Assembly (NCBI RefSeq): GCF_963921235.1
Contig: NC_086118.1
Coordinates: 26,228,001-26,292,000, forward strand
From: Mobula hypostoma
Lineage: Eukaryota
Direction: 5' to 3'
Length of the DNA: 64,000 bases
Shown: one piece after another, positions 52,412 to 64,000 of the stretch
Layout: each line of letters begins with the position of its first letter
How positions within the stretch are numbered: the stretch's first letter is position 1
Notes under the pieces: generated by a model
Told to the model about the DNA's origin: nothing
What the model saw: the letters and a program-made list of their open reading frames with translations, nothing else
Databases searched by the model: none
Position numbers and translations under genes: made by a program

Positions 52412-53254
52412 TTATTACTCCTTCTGATCATGTCCACACCTGGATTTGAACATGCAGGAAATCTCAAATTTGTAAGGAACAAACCCTAGGAAGATAAAGA
52501 CAGATGCATGAGAGAAGAAATGCAATATAAAAGGTATATTTTAAAGGGAAACCTGAACCAGATACTGGAAAGGTTGAAAAGCCCAACAGAAAAAGCCTTT
52601 TCCTCACTGAGATGATTAATAGAATATAATAACAAGGAAGTTATAATAGACCTTTATGTGACATTAGTCAGGCTTCAGCAAAGTGATTTATAGCGATCGT
52701 CTAAATATCCTATCTCTTAACACACTTTAGTTTTAACATTATGTGATTGTTATGGGTTGTTCTACCACATGCACTTTGGGTATGAATCATCTCTATGACA
52801 TGATTACTGAGTCAATGATACAACGTTCCTTTCAGTACACAGAGAGAGAACCTGCACCACTTGTTCCAGTGCACTCTCTATGGACACTCCTTGGATATGC
52901 TGGTCTTCACCCATACAGTATAATACTGGGGTTAAAGTCAGGTAAACATCCAACCTGTTTGTATCCTCTCTGCATCACCTTCCCCTGATTTTAATCCTCA
53001 TCCTCCAAAGTCCAAGAAATAATCTCTGTACTTCAGAATCCACGGGGCACAAGTCCAAGGGCAAACACATGACAAAATTCTTGTTCCTGTCATATTCCAA
53101 AGGTTTATTGATTTCTCCCCATTGGATAATCATTCTTCCTTTTCTCTGCTGAAAGCAGGCGCCTCCATAACTCTTGCCATGACAACAGCCACCCAAGGGC
53201 ATCTAACATACATCCATCTGCGCCTCTAACAATCTCCGTACTGGCTCAAATGTC

Positions 53255-54020
53255 TTCACTCATTCCGATGGGGGAGGGAAAGAAGCTGTTTCTGAAATGT
53301 TGAGTGTGTATCCTCAGGCTCCTGTACCTCCTCCTTGATGGTAGCAATGAGAAGAGGGTGCTTCCTGGGTAATATCCTTAATGATGGATGCTGCCTTTTT
53401 GAGGTATTGCCTTTTGTAGCTGTCCTCAATGCATTGCTCATAATGGAGCTGACTGAGTTTTCAATTTTCTACAGACCTTTTTCCCCGATCCTGTGCAGTG
53501 GACCCTCCATACCAAATGATGATGCAACCAATCGGAATGCTCCCAATGGTACATCTGTAGAAATTTGTGAGTGTCTTTGGTAACACACCAAATCTCCTCA
53601 AACTCCTAATGAAATATAGCTGCTCTTGTGACTTCTTTGTAATTGCATCAATATGTTCAGCCCAGGATAGATGCTCAGAGACGTTGGACACCCAGAAACT
53701 TGAAACCACTCACACTTTCCACTTCTGACCCCGCGATGAGAACTGGTATGTGTTTGCTTGACTTCCCCTTCCTGAAGACCACAATCAATTCCTTGATCTT
53801 ACTGACGCTAAGTGCAAGGTTGTTGCTGTGACAGCCCACTGATCTATCTCGCGACTGTACACTTCCTTATCACCATCTGAAATTCTGCCAATAATAATTA
53901 TGTCATCTGCGAATTTATAGAGAGCACTTGAGCTGTGCCTAGCCAGACATTCATGGGTGTAGAGAGAGTAGAGTAGTGGGCTAAGAATGCATCCTTGAGG
54001 TGTGCCAGCGTTGATCCAGA
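53255..54020 (-). mobile_element. Rex1/Babar-like LINE RT fragment
   Basis: NAGTPQGCILSPLLYSLYTHEC..KFADD, HLSWAEHIDAITKKS..LYFIRSLRRFG. Confidence 0.85.
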
Positions 54021-54204
54021 TTACTGCGTATAGAAAAGGACTTGATATCCTCATGACTCAAAAACTCTTAAAATCAAAGACCAGACTATTGTAATTATTG
54101 TTATAACATTCCCTGTTGCAATGTAGAGATACACTTTAGCAAATCTGAGCAAATGCAAAATCTTGCATCTGGTGATGAAGTACTGTTCAAATTAATCACA
54201 AGGG

Positions 54205-54410
54205 AAAAATGTTAGCCCAGACACTATGGGAACTTAGTTGAGGATTACGTCACGTTATCTTTTATATCTGCATGAAATAACTAATGTCAGTTTAACATCT
54301 CAACCACATGATTGTTCCTCTCGCACTCAATGCTCATCACTGTATTTGAGTATTAGATAATGTGCTTGCTGATTTGGACTCACAACCCATCCTACTCAGT
54401 GTGGTACCAT
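54205..54410 (-). mobile_element. Ancient Deu-domain (SacSINE/AmnSINE-like) remnant
   Basis: Weak recalled similarity: cagtttaacatctca, tgagtattagataatgtgct, ggactcacaacc. A similar patch is at 13770-13830. Confidence 0.35.
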
Positions 54411-55042
54411 TGAGATAAGACAACAGCTTATTCATCAGGTTTCCATTACTCAGTTAAAAGAAAGTGTTTTGAGTTCTGGACTTCTATTCGTGAAGGCTTC
54501 TCAAATTGTCATTTGGCTGTTTTGCTTGTCAAACCTGAAGTTACTCACAATTAACCGGCACAGCATATTTTCATGACTGACAACACCACTTGTCAGAAAC
54601 TGAGCAATCAATAAACTATCAATCCCATGCTCATACTTCTGAGTACAGTTTGAAGCTGAACCAAAGACAGAAACTTTAGAAATAGTATGGTCAAATACTA
54701 CCCAAGTTTTGACTGGAACAATTCTCGCAGTTATCGTTCATTCTGAGAGCAAAAAGAATGTAACTTCTTTGTCTATTCACTGGGAACATTCAGATCATGT
54801 GTGTTTTAATGTAGTGAAAAGAGCATCAAAATATAAGGTAGCTAAAATGTACTTCATATGAAGCTGGGTGTTTTGAAGTAACAAAAAAGCAAGTGCTAAA
54901 AGGCTACTTGTGCAAATGGGTATTGCTTCATGGAGTGTGTAGGCCTATGTATGTGACCAAAATATTTCAGCAGACAATTGGCCAGTCTTCAAAACCCTTG
55001 GCACGCAGCCTTAGATTATATTCAACGATTGAACAGTATCAC

Positions 55043-55250
55043 AGCATCCAGAACAACACATGCAAAATGCTGGAGGAATTTAGCAAGTCAGGCAGTATCT
55101 ATGAAAGTGAATAACAGTCGACACGTCGGGCTGAGGGCCTTCTTCAGGTTTGGAAAGTAAGGGGGAAGACGTCAGAATAAAAAGATGGGGCAAGGGGAAG
55201 GGGATAGCTAGAAGGTGATAGGTGAACGCAGGTGGGTAGGAGAGATAAAG
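55043..55250 (-). mobile_element. Penelope-like pLTR remnant
   Basis: caaaatgctggaggaatttagcaagtcaggcagtatc...cagtcgacacgtcgggctgagggccttcttcagg followed by purine-rich UTR. Confidence 0.7.
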
Positions 55251-56580
55251 TATCCAGAAATGCACTCTACTACAGTTGGCATAATAGCCCATGGTGCTCT
55301 GACTTATTGTATTCTCAGAACGCAGCTTCAAACCACTGGAAAATATCACTTGAAAATTGATGACCTCACGTTTGTTTCTGACTTTACATTTTTATACACT
55401 GAAAATCAATGTCCTTATTTTTGATACTAAAAAAAATATTGTTGAGACAAGCAACATTTTAGCTTCAATCATTACCCCAGGCAACTTCAAGCAGTACCTT
55501 TTCTCACTCCTACAGTTTTCCTGTCTATGTATTATGAAAACCAAACATAAATGAGATCTCATTTCCAGTTGTTGACACTTTTAGATACAAAATAGAAAAC
55601 ATTTTCTTTTAATCAAAAAGCAAAAAAGTAATAGAATACAGTATATATTTGCTCCAAAAGTAATCAAAATTTAATGGTATTCAATGGAAATTTGTTAATA
55701 ATCCATTTACTTAATGGTGTGTGCCAAATGTGCTATACAATAGCACTTCTCTGTGCTAACAGTCAATCTGCTTTCTACAAAATTCAACATAAAATAAATC
55801 GCATCAACCACCAAATAACAACACTGGTCCAGATTCTGCAGTGAAAATGAAAGATGGACAACTGATGATTGCCACCAATTTATGAAGTAACCGCTAGCAA
55901 CTTCAAGATTTTCTTGCAGTAAATAAATATATAACTTTTACCTATGGCTGCATTTATTCAAAAATTCCTGCTGGTCAATGGCCAGACATGGTGTCAGAAT
56001 AACGACTATCATCATTGATCTGGATGTCAGGATATGGAAAGTATGAATACTTGCTTACCAAATTATCTTTCCTGAAGAAAAGTCTAGATTTTGACACATC
56101 CAACTTTGGAAATTGTCACAGGAGGTTACGCTTGGATTCAAACTTCCAATTACAGTTTGTGCATATGCAGCTAGGCCAGTAATAGGGGTAAAATAATAAA
56201 CTTTTATTTTTTGATTTGGGAACAGATAGATAAATCTTACTTTCAACTGACTTGCACCAGCAGAGGTCAAGCAAATCTATGTTAAATAAGATCAAAATCA
56301 TTCAGTATTTGAATATCTGTACAACAGAACACTGCACAGTTCCTACAGTTGTTGAGATTGACTTTGCATAATTGTGCAAAATGGATGAGTCAATTGGTAG
56401 CACATTTTATTGATATTCCCATTGCTGATTTGTCAACTAGTTAATTTTATCATGATTCCAGGAAAGCACACATCCAAATCCTGCCATGATGTTAATAGTT
56501 ATTCTCCTTACCTCTGGAATTCAGGTCTTCTATCCTTGTTTGGACCCATGTAATCCTGGTACAACTCAGACTAAGCACAT

Positions 56581-56879
56581 TTTTTTTGGTGTGTGCCTAC
56601 GTGCGTACGAGTCTGTGCGTGCGTCTGGGTCTGTGATGATGCCTTTTTCGTGGCTTTTTACAAGGCGCGGAGCGAGAGAGAGAGACTGTGTGGCGCGCCA
56701 TTCCTCACACAGACATTTTCACAGTATTTTCCCTTTATTTTACGAGGCCGAATTGCGATCTTAACACTCAACCCGGCATAGATGGGAAAGTGTGCGCGGG
56801 GGCGGACCCGACTAGTTTTGAACCAGGGAACCTCCACTCTCGGGTCTGGCGCCGATGTCGTTGTGCCACCAGCCGGCCC
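56581..56879 (-). mobile_element. tRNA-derived SINE, tail type C (poly-A)
   Basis: Reverse strand gggccggctggtggcacaacg...ggttcaaaac...gggttgagtgttaagatcgcaattcggcctcgtaaaa; TSD actaagcacatt / actgagcacatt. Confidence 0.78.
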
Positions 56880-57897
56880 AACTGAGCACATTATTAATGA
56901 ACTCTTGATCATACAGCTGAGATCACCTCTGACCACTTTCTGTTTATTCATTGTTTTGGGAAACTTGTTACATTATCAGTCAATGCTTATATTTAACTCG
57001 CTAGATCCCATCACTATCTTTGCTCCTGTTTGTCTTCCTTCTGTATTGTCCTCCCTCCGAGTCTATCTTTTGCTTTTCCTCTTACCACTGTCCATATTTG
57101 TTTGACTGGGAGCATTTCGGATGAATCATATATGAGCAACGGCAAATTGGTAGCTCATTCACGACCATGCCTGACAATTATTCCGCTGCCATCAATAAAA
57201 TAACAAAAATTAGCTGGCATCGTCTACAGAGTAACAAGTGACATGACATGTTCCTAGTTTAGTGATTGGTGATTGAGAAATAAATGTTTGCCAGGACCCT
57301 GAGGGAATTCTAAGGTTTGCTTTATTTCAGGAGATGTTCTATGCTCTTGTTGAAAGATTGGCAGAATTTTGAAATGACACAAGACAATTGACCATCTGTA
57401 GTAGAGATCAGGTTACACTGCAATCTGCACAAGAAATATGTTTTCTTTCATTAGTTAGTAAATAATTTACTTTTAAAGTTATCAAAAGTGTGTTATGAAG
57501 CTTCATTCAAGCTAAAAGTAACGTGAGTGTTTAGTTATGCAGAGTTTTGATATTTTAGCTTATTTATTATCCAAGTATATATTCAGCTCAGGGAGAGTCA
57601 TCCCATCCATGTTTGTCTGCAAATATATTTAATTAGGACCAGGTCATTTGAATAATCCATCCGCATTACAAAATGCTAATGAAGGGAAATTTACCTTTCA
57701 GTAGCAAACAAGTTTGATTGCAACAACTAGAGAGAAAGTAAGTAAGGATGTAAAGATATTTGAAAAGCTTTGTTTAAAACTCAGTGAAAATCTCTAAACA
57801 ATAGAACCCAAGAAAAGTTGGTGGGAATGTGGGGGAGATTAAAATGAGAGGAGTGGACAATGGGCCAAAGAGCCTGTTTCTGTGATCCCTGACTCTA

Positions 57898-58290
57898 CAC
57901 TCAGTAGCACTTAGTTTGGTACGGGAGGTACCTAAAAAAGTGGCCACTGAGTATATTTCTATTCTGTATGTTTGTGGCATTTTGCTGCTGTATCCCATTC
58001 ACTTCATGGATGGATGTGTTGTGCATACCATTGTTGTAACACGTGCTTATTTGAGTTACTATCGCATTCCTCTTAGCTTCAACCAATCTGGCCATTCTCC
58101 TCTGAACTCTCTCAATAACACATTTTTGCCCAAAAAACTGCTACTCACTTCATGTTTTTTTACACCATTCTCTGTAAACTCTATGGACTGTTTTCCATCA
58201 AAATCTCAGCAGATTAGCAGTCTCTGAGGTACTCAAACCACTGTGCCTGGCACCAACAATCATTCCAAGGTCAAAGATCACATTTCACTT
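57898..58290 (-). mobile_element. Tc1-derived non-autonomous element with doubled-TIR hairpin end
   Basis: MARLVEAKRNAIVTQISTCYNNG transposase remnant; 57898-57953 is a TIR/inverted-TIR pair flanked by TA. Confidence 0.75.
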
Positions 58291-58354
58291 ATACCAGGAC
58301 AGGCTTTGGTAAGACTTGGTAACCTGAGGTTCCCAAGCCTTCCAATCCTCAACA

Positions 58355-59545
58355 CCATTTACGTAGACGAGAGCATGTACATCACTCCTTTTCTTGAAGT
58401 CAACACTTTTTGTTTTGTTTTGTTCTTTAGTTTTGTTGACAATGAGGGAAACTTGTCGTGGCATTATGTCAGTAAGCTCTCTCTCTCCGTCCTGTACTCG
58501 AACTCATTGTTACTTGAGATTCAGCTTATTACTGTGGCACAGCAGATTCTGGCCAAACAGTCATGAGTGTACAGGGAGTTGAGTAGGGGCTGAGGATGCA
58601 GCCTTGTGGAGCACCAATGTAATCATGGGAGAGGTAGTGCCATCTGTCCTTACTGATTGCAGTCTTTTGATCAGTCAGTCAATGATCCATTTGTGAAGGG
58701 AAGCATTAATTCCCAGGGTCTGGACTTTGGCAATAAGTTTGTTTCGAATGATAATACTGAAAGTACAAACGTTTGTAGAACTGTACTCAATAAACAAAAG
58801 TCTGATGTAAGATGCACTTACAGTCTAGATGCTCCAGAGAGGAGTAAAGGGCCAAGGAGATGACATATGCCGTAGACCATGTTTTGGTGGTGGGCAGACT
58901 GCAGTGAGTCAAGGTTGCCTTGAAAGCTGGAGTTGATGTGTGCCATGACCAGCCTCTTGAAGCACTTCACTGTGGTAGATGTTAGAGCCACAGGGCAGTA
59001 GACATTAAGGCACATTACCATGTTTTTCTCAAGTACTGGGATAATAGTGGTCTTCTTAAAGCAGGAGGAACCATGGACTGAAGCAGGAAGAAGTTAAAAA
59101 TGTCTGCAAATACCCCTGCCAGCTGATCCTTAAAAGATCTAACGATATGATCTAGGCTTGGTGCTTACTGCAGGTACACCCTCCAGAAGACTGATCTTAC
59201 TACTGTGACGGTGACTGTAGATTCAGGTGCACTGCAGACTGGTAGTGTGGGTGTTGACATAGCCATTCCCTAAACTCATCAGGATGGGATGTGCTGTTGT
59301 CAGCAATGCTGCCCATCTTTGGTTTGTAACCCGTTTTACCGTGTAAGTCCTGCCACCGCTGATTGCTGGACTGAGACTTGTACCTCTTAGCATCTCTTAT
59401 AGTTTTATAGTACATATCTTGATTTCTAATAAAGGTCACCTAATCTGAATGCTACAGACTTCAGCAGAGAATGGACCTCCCGGTTCATCCATGCTTTCTG
59501 GTTTAGAAACACCAGTATAGTCCTCTTTGGTACAGGGTCCTCTGT
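58355..59545 (-). mobile_element. Degenerate Rex1/Babar-like LINE ORF fragment
   Basis: CLNVYCPVALTSTTVKCFKRLVMAHIN..LDSLQSA, RWQDLHGKTGYKPK, TGAPQGCILSPLL. Confidence 0.8.
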
Positions 59546-59789
59546 GAAAATTCATGAACCAGAATGATTGAAATGCAAGATGTGTTATGTTTTTATTTGT
59601 CCTTATCTGATTAAATAAAAGGCTTCCGGACCATTTAGCACATTTTATTTATGGTTCAAGCACATGTAAAAGATATTGTGTGCAGGTTTTGAAGTCTTTG
59701 CACCCATTTCCTGTTGATTTCCTACTCATTGAGAAACTGCACTGGACACTTCCTGCTGTAATTTGACCACCCCGTATCACCTCCCTTCC

Positions 59790-60430
59790 CGTCTCAACTG
59801 GGCTCTTAAAAGGGCCGACGGAAAAACCAGGAAACCTAACAATGAGGGTTAGCCTGTCGCTAATGCCTGTCTTCTCTATATTTCCAAGGTTTCTGGAAGG
59901 ATTGCCAGGATTCTGGAAAAACACCATCCACAAACCCATAAGGTAGCTCAAATTACAGCTTATGCAGGTCAAAGATGAGAAGGATTCCCTGTGAATATGG
60001 AGCCAGATGGGACGCATAATGGAAACCTACATCAAGGAACACAGGAGGTGTATCTGTTGTTATCCAGAGAAATCGGTAGTAGCAGAACATTGCACTTGCA
60101 ATGGCCGCAGGATTGACTTTGATGGCACAAAACTACTATGCTGCATCAATGGCTTTTGGGACCACCTGGTAAATAAAACTAAAGGAAAAGAATTTTAACA
60201 AGGACAAAGGTCTCTCTAAGTAAGAAATACAAGGTGGAATAGCGGAAACCTAATTGGATGAGGACTAGCCAATCAGGAGGGACGGATGACTGGGGTATAA
60301 ATACCACTGGATTAGACATGAAGAAGGCAGAGTCTGTCATGAAAAAGTTGGTTAAAATCGATACCTATGCACAGCTGGAAGTCTAAGAAGAATTTATTTG
60401 TTACATAGACTGGGAAAGCACTAGATCCTT
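59790..60430 (+). mobile_element. Penelope/Poseidon-type element 3' fragment
   Basis: LLYISKVSGRIARIL..HKP..L..VKD and GRIMETYIKEHRRC...EKSVVAEHC..NGRRIDFDGTKLL (GIY-YIG C-part); then ccaat/tataaa and a decayed hammerhead-like motif. Confidence 0.75.
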
Positions 60431-60464
60431 TTTCAAAACATTAAATTAATTCAAATGAAAACAA

Positions 60465-60860
60465 ACCCCCATGCAGTGGGTTCCCTGTCACCACGTCACT
60501 GATGTAGTCCAAGGGAAGGGCAAGCACCAATACAGCTTGTCACCAGTGTCGGCACAGAGGCTGCCAGAGTGAAGTTGTAAACAACTGGCTCCGGATTTCT
60601 TCCTCAGGATTTACTCCCGAAGCCTTTCCCATGGGTGGGTATGGCCACAAAGGCAACAAAGGTTTAAAATCAGAGTTTAATTTCTCCTAGGCGGGATGCC
60701 GTCCAAGGCTGATGAGCCCCACCTGCCCAAAGCAACTGGTTTTGAGGCGCCAGAAGCCCGCCTTTGCCCCTTCTCTTGTCAGTAGAAACTGTTCCACTGG
60801 GCCAACTAGCTAAGCCACACGTGAAGGCTAAGAGTTGGGCTTGGTTGTCAGAGGCTGTTA
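60465..60860 (-). mobile_element. RTE-clade LINE 5' UTR fragment
   Basis: Reverse strand gggctcatcagccttggacggcatcccgcctaggagaa..aaactctgattttaaacct resembles the recalled RTE 5' UTR motif. Confidence 0.6.
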
Positions 60861-60974
60861 TATTAGATATACACACAAGATTGCTCAAATAGTATTGAAA
60901 TATTCAATACACAATAGTAGACTGAACCAATTCTATCATGAGTACAATACCCAGACCCACCCCCTGCCCACTAT

Positions 60975-61295
60975 GAGGACAAGAGGTGATGCCTCAAGAA
61001 GGCGACATCCATCATCAATGACCCTCACCATCCAGGGTTGGCCCACTTCATGTTATTACCATCGAGGAGAAGCCACAGGAGCCTGCAGACCAATACTGAG
61101 CATTTTAAGAAAAGTTTCTTCCCCTTTGTCCTCAGATTTCTGAATGGTCCACGAGTCCATGAACATGACCTAATTTTTTGTGTTTTACTCTATTTTCGTA
61201 ATTTATAGTAATATTTTTGCCTGACACTATACAACTGCCACAAAACAACAAATTTAACAATTATATGTCAACAATAATAAACCTGCTTCTGATTT
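60975..61295 (+). mobile_element. Rex1/Babar-like 3' fragment
   Basis: RCLKKATSIINDPHHPG..LLPSRRSHRSL; tail aataataaacctgcttctgatt. Confidence 0.75.
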
Positions 61296-61697
61296 CTTCA
61301 GGAACTTTCCACTTCCTGCAGCCTTTCTCCACACATCCCTTTACTCAGTTCAACGACTGCTATCGAGGGATTGCTTGATCAATGTGCAGACATGACCTCA
61401 GGCACTGGCTGCCCTCTGAGAACAGGTAAATCAAGTTCAAATGTTTCTTGAAGGGATAAACTTGAATAATCTTTTCTGAAAGGGAGAATTTCTCAATTTT
61501 GTAATAATTTCGCTAATCCTCAACTTTGTATTGGCCAATGTAGAAATACCCATTTAACACACCGAAAATAGAAAAAAAATCCAATTTTTAGGCAAGAGAT
61601 TCCAATATTACAGCTTTAAATTTATAGTCTACTCACAATATAACTGCCATTTCCCCCTTACACTACCCTCTTTGCCATTTTCACTCTACTCAAGGTA

Positions 61698-62992
61698 CAT
61701 AGAAACATAGAAAACCTACAGCACAATACAGGCCCTTCGGCCCACAAAGCTGTGCCGAACCAGTCCTTACCTTAGAAATTACCTAGGGTTACCCATAGCC
61801 CTCTATTTTTCTAAGCTCCATGTACCTGTCCAGGAGTCTCTTAAAAGAACCTAACGTATCTGCCTCCACCACCGTCGCCAGCAACCCATTCCACGCACTC
61901 ACCACTCTCTGCGTAAAAAACTTACCCCTGACATCACCTCTGTACGTACTTCCAGGCACCTTAAAACTGTGCCCTCTTGTGCTAGCTATTTCAGCCCTGG
62001 GAAAAAGCCTCTGACTATTCACATGATCAATGCCTCTCATCATCTTGTACACCTCTATCAGGTCACCTCTTATCCTCCATCACTCCAAGGAAAAAAGGCC
62101 ATGTTCATTCAAACTATTCTCATAAGGCATGCTCCCCAATCCAGGCAACATCTTTGTAAATCTCCTCTGCACCCTTTCTATGGTTTCCACATCCTTCCTG
62201 TAGTGAGGCGACCAGAACTGAGCACAGTACTCCCAAGTGGGGTCTGACCAGGGTCCTATATAGCTGCAACATTACCTCTCGGCTCTTAAACTCAATCCCA
62301 CGATTGATGAAGGCCAATGCACCGTGTGCCTTCTTAACCACAGAGTCAACCTGCGCAGCAGCTTTGAGTGTCCTATAAAATCAGACACCAAGATCCCTCT
62401 GATCCTCTACACTGCCAAGAGTCTTAAAATTAATACTATATTCTGCCATCATATTTGACCTACTAAAATGAACTGCCTCACACTTATCTAGGTTAAACTC
62501 CATCTGCCACTTCTCAGCCCAGTTTTGCATCCTATCAATGCCCCACTGTAACCTCTGACAGCCTTCCACACTATCCACAACACCCCCAAACTTTGTGTCA
62601 TCAGCAAATTTACTAACCCATCCCTCCACTTCCTCATCCAGGTCATTTATAAAAATCACAAAGAGTAGGGGTCCCAGAACAGAACCCTGAGGCACACCAC
62701 TGGTCACCGGCCTCCATGCAGAATATGACCCGTCTACAACCACTCTTTGCCTTCTGTGGGCAAACCAGTTCTGTATCCACAAAGCAATGTCTCCTTGGAT
62801 CCCACGCCTCCTTACTTTCTCAATAAGCCTTGCATGGGGTACCTTATCAAATGCCTTGCTGAAATCCATATACACTACATCTACTGCTCTACCTTTATCA
62901 ATGCATTTAGTCACATCCTCAAAAGATTCAATCAGGCTCGTAAGGCATGACCTGCCTTTGACAAACCCATGCTGACTATTCCTAATCATAGT
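61698..62992 (-). mobile_element. CR1 LINE, 5'-truncated
   Basis: SQHGFVKGRSCLTSLIE..YMDFSKAFDKVPH..SGVPQGSVLGPLLFVIFINDLD..KFADDTK; tail (ttctatgt)n. Confidence 0.93.
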
Positions 62993-63579
62993 ATGTTGTT
63001 CCTATCTAACTTAATTCCCCTCTCATTCATTCATTTAGAAGCCTATGTGCTGCTCGAGTTATGTCTAATGTGAGGAGACGTCACCACTTCACACCTGACA
63101 GTCCAGGTGCAAGAGAATGCTTCCATTTGTGGAGTCTTGGGCACAAACTGCAAATAAATATTAAGTTGTCTTTACCTTGCACGACTGATAGTTTGTTACT
63201 TGGAGCTTGAAACAACCTTGAGAATTTTAACCTGTGGACTGCTACTGTAAAGTAAAATTAATTCAGTAAATAAATAATGTATGTCTGCAGAAATATGCCC
63301 TGAATACACTGATGCACACAAAAGTCTGGGATTACAATTACATAATGAGCCACATTTGACTAAATTCAGATTCATCAAGATGACACTGGTGAACCACAGC
63401 AACGTTCTGCGGGCTACGTACAATACTTCTAAATTCACCTCAGCAGAATTACTCTCACTGCAATCTGCAGCATATAATTTCCCTTTAAGCAATGTACTTT
63501 TAAGTCAACTTAATGATCTACAGATTTCTGAAAGACTTGGTGGACTAAGCAGGTACAGCACCTGTAAGTGGACAAAGGT

Positions 63580-64000
63580 TCATCGCCATGGCCAGAAGTG
63601 AGGCGGGGGCGGTGGTGAACAGCCAGGCTGTTCCACAGAAGGATGAGGCCCCCTCTACTCAGAATCCTGCTGGCAAATATGCAGTCACTGGAAAACAAAT
63701 CTGAGGACCTGAGGACAAGATTGCTGTATCGGAGGGAAATGAAAAATTATTGTGTTCCATGTATGAGCGAAATATAGCTTTCCACCAGCACGCCAGATAC
63801 AGCGATCACACCCAAAGGCTTCTTAATTTACAGAATGGACCAAACTGCTGATTTAGGAAAGGCAAAAGGAGGAGGTGTGTGTTTCATGATAAACTCTCTC
63901 AGTGGTGTTCCAATGTGGTTTTTTTGTTGAACCCATATTCCCCTGACCTTGAACATCCAATGCCATCCATTCTACTTACTTAGGGAGTTCTCCTCCATAA
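63580..64000 (+). mobile_element. Rex1/Babar-like LINE 5' ORF (AP endonuclease start), runs off the window
   Basis: RPPLLRILLANMQSLENKSEDLR..REMKNYCV..YRMDQTADLGKAKGGGVCFMIN. Confidence 0.8.

Larger units (their letters stand above)
1..64000 (-). other. usp43: usp43 transcription unit spanning the whole window (3 exons, rest intronic)
   Basis: The three exons are internal to the catalytic domain. The expected upstream exon (GFQRSFFDE-like) and downstream exon (GGPPHVKL-like) were not found by eye within the window. Confidence 0.85.

Noticed and set aside
52745..53210. Possible additional LTR or retroviral fragment
   Set aside because: Could not establish both termini, a TSD or coding motifs; left unclassified.
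56059..56170. Exon-like segment on the minus strand (ctag|...TTG|gtaagc; AYAQTVIGSLNP...)
   Set aside because: 112 nt, phase 1 to 2, incompatible with the downstream phase-1 exon, and no USP43 similarity.
60705..60740. ctgatgag hammerhead-like start in the RTE-like segment
   Set aside because: No downstream GAAA or stem II; it is the antisense of an RTE 5' UTR motif.

Overview
Repeat-rich vertebrate genomic DNA. The repeat set (HE1/V-type SINEs, CR1, Rex1/Babar, Penelope-like elements) points to a cartilaginous fish, probably a ray; this is an inference. The whole window lies inside one minus-strand gene, usp43 (USP43/USP31-family deubiquitinase). Three consecutive internal coding exons are present (47714-47582, 26388-26277, 14380-14277). 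They splice in frame to ...QVLLLICNTAGNSQQAVR-FGPPFLLREDRSLTWEQLHQCILNKMYYLMKNETHSQ-NFGHSFRIRVVGGLTTNCYLSSQENRPLCQPAADR, with introns of about 21.2 and 11.9 kb; I could not find the flanking exons in the window. The remainder is intronic and full of mobile DNA: CR1, Rex1/Babar, RTE and Vingi LINE fragments, two kinds of Penelope-like element, tRNA-derived SINEs, five solo-LTR(-like) elements, Tc1 MITEs and a deleted hAT. The most notable structure is a family of short Penelope-derived fold-back insertions with 13-16 bp target duplications that carry a minimal hammerhead ribozyme motif. Other leads are bipartite non-coding LINE-dependent elements, SINEs with one head and three different tails, a triple-nested LTR/hAT/LINE, and two weak candidate alternative exons. 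All family assignments come from recalled motifs, not database searches. I see no convincing wholly new protein-coding system.
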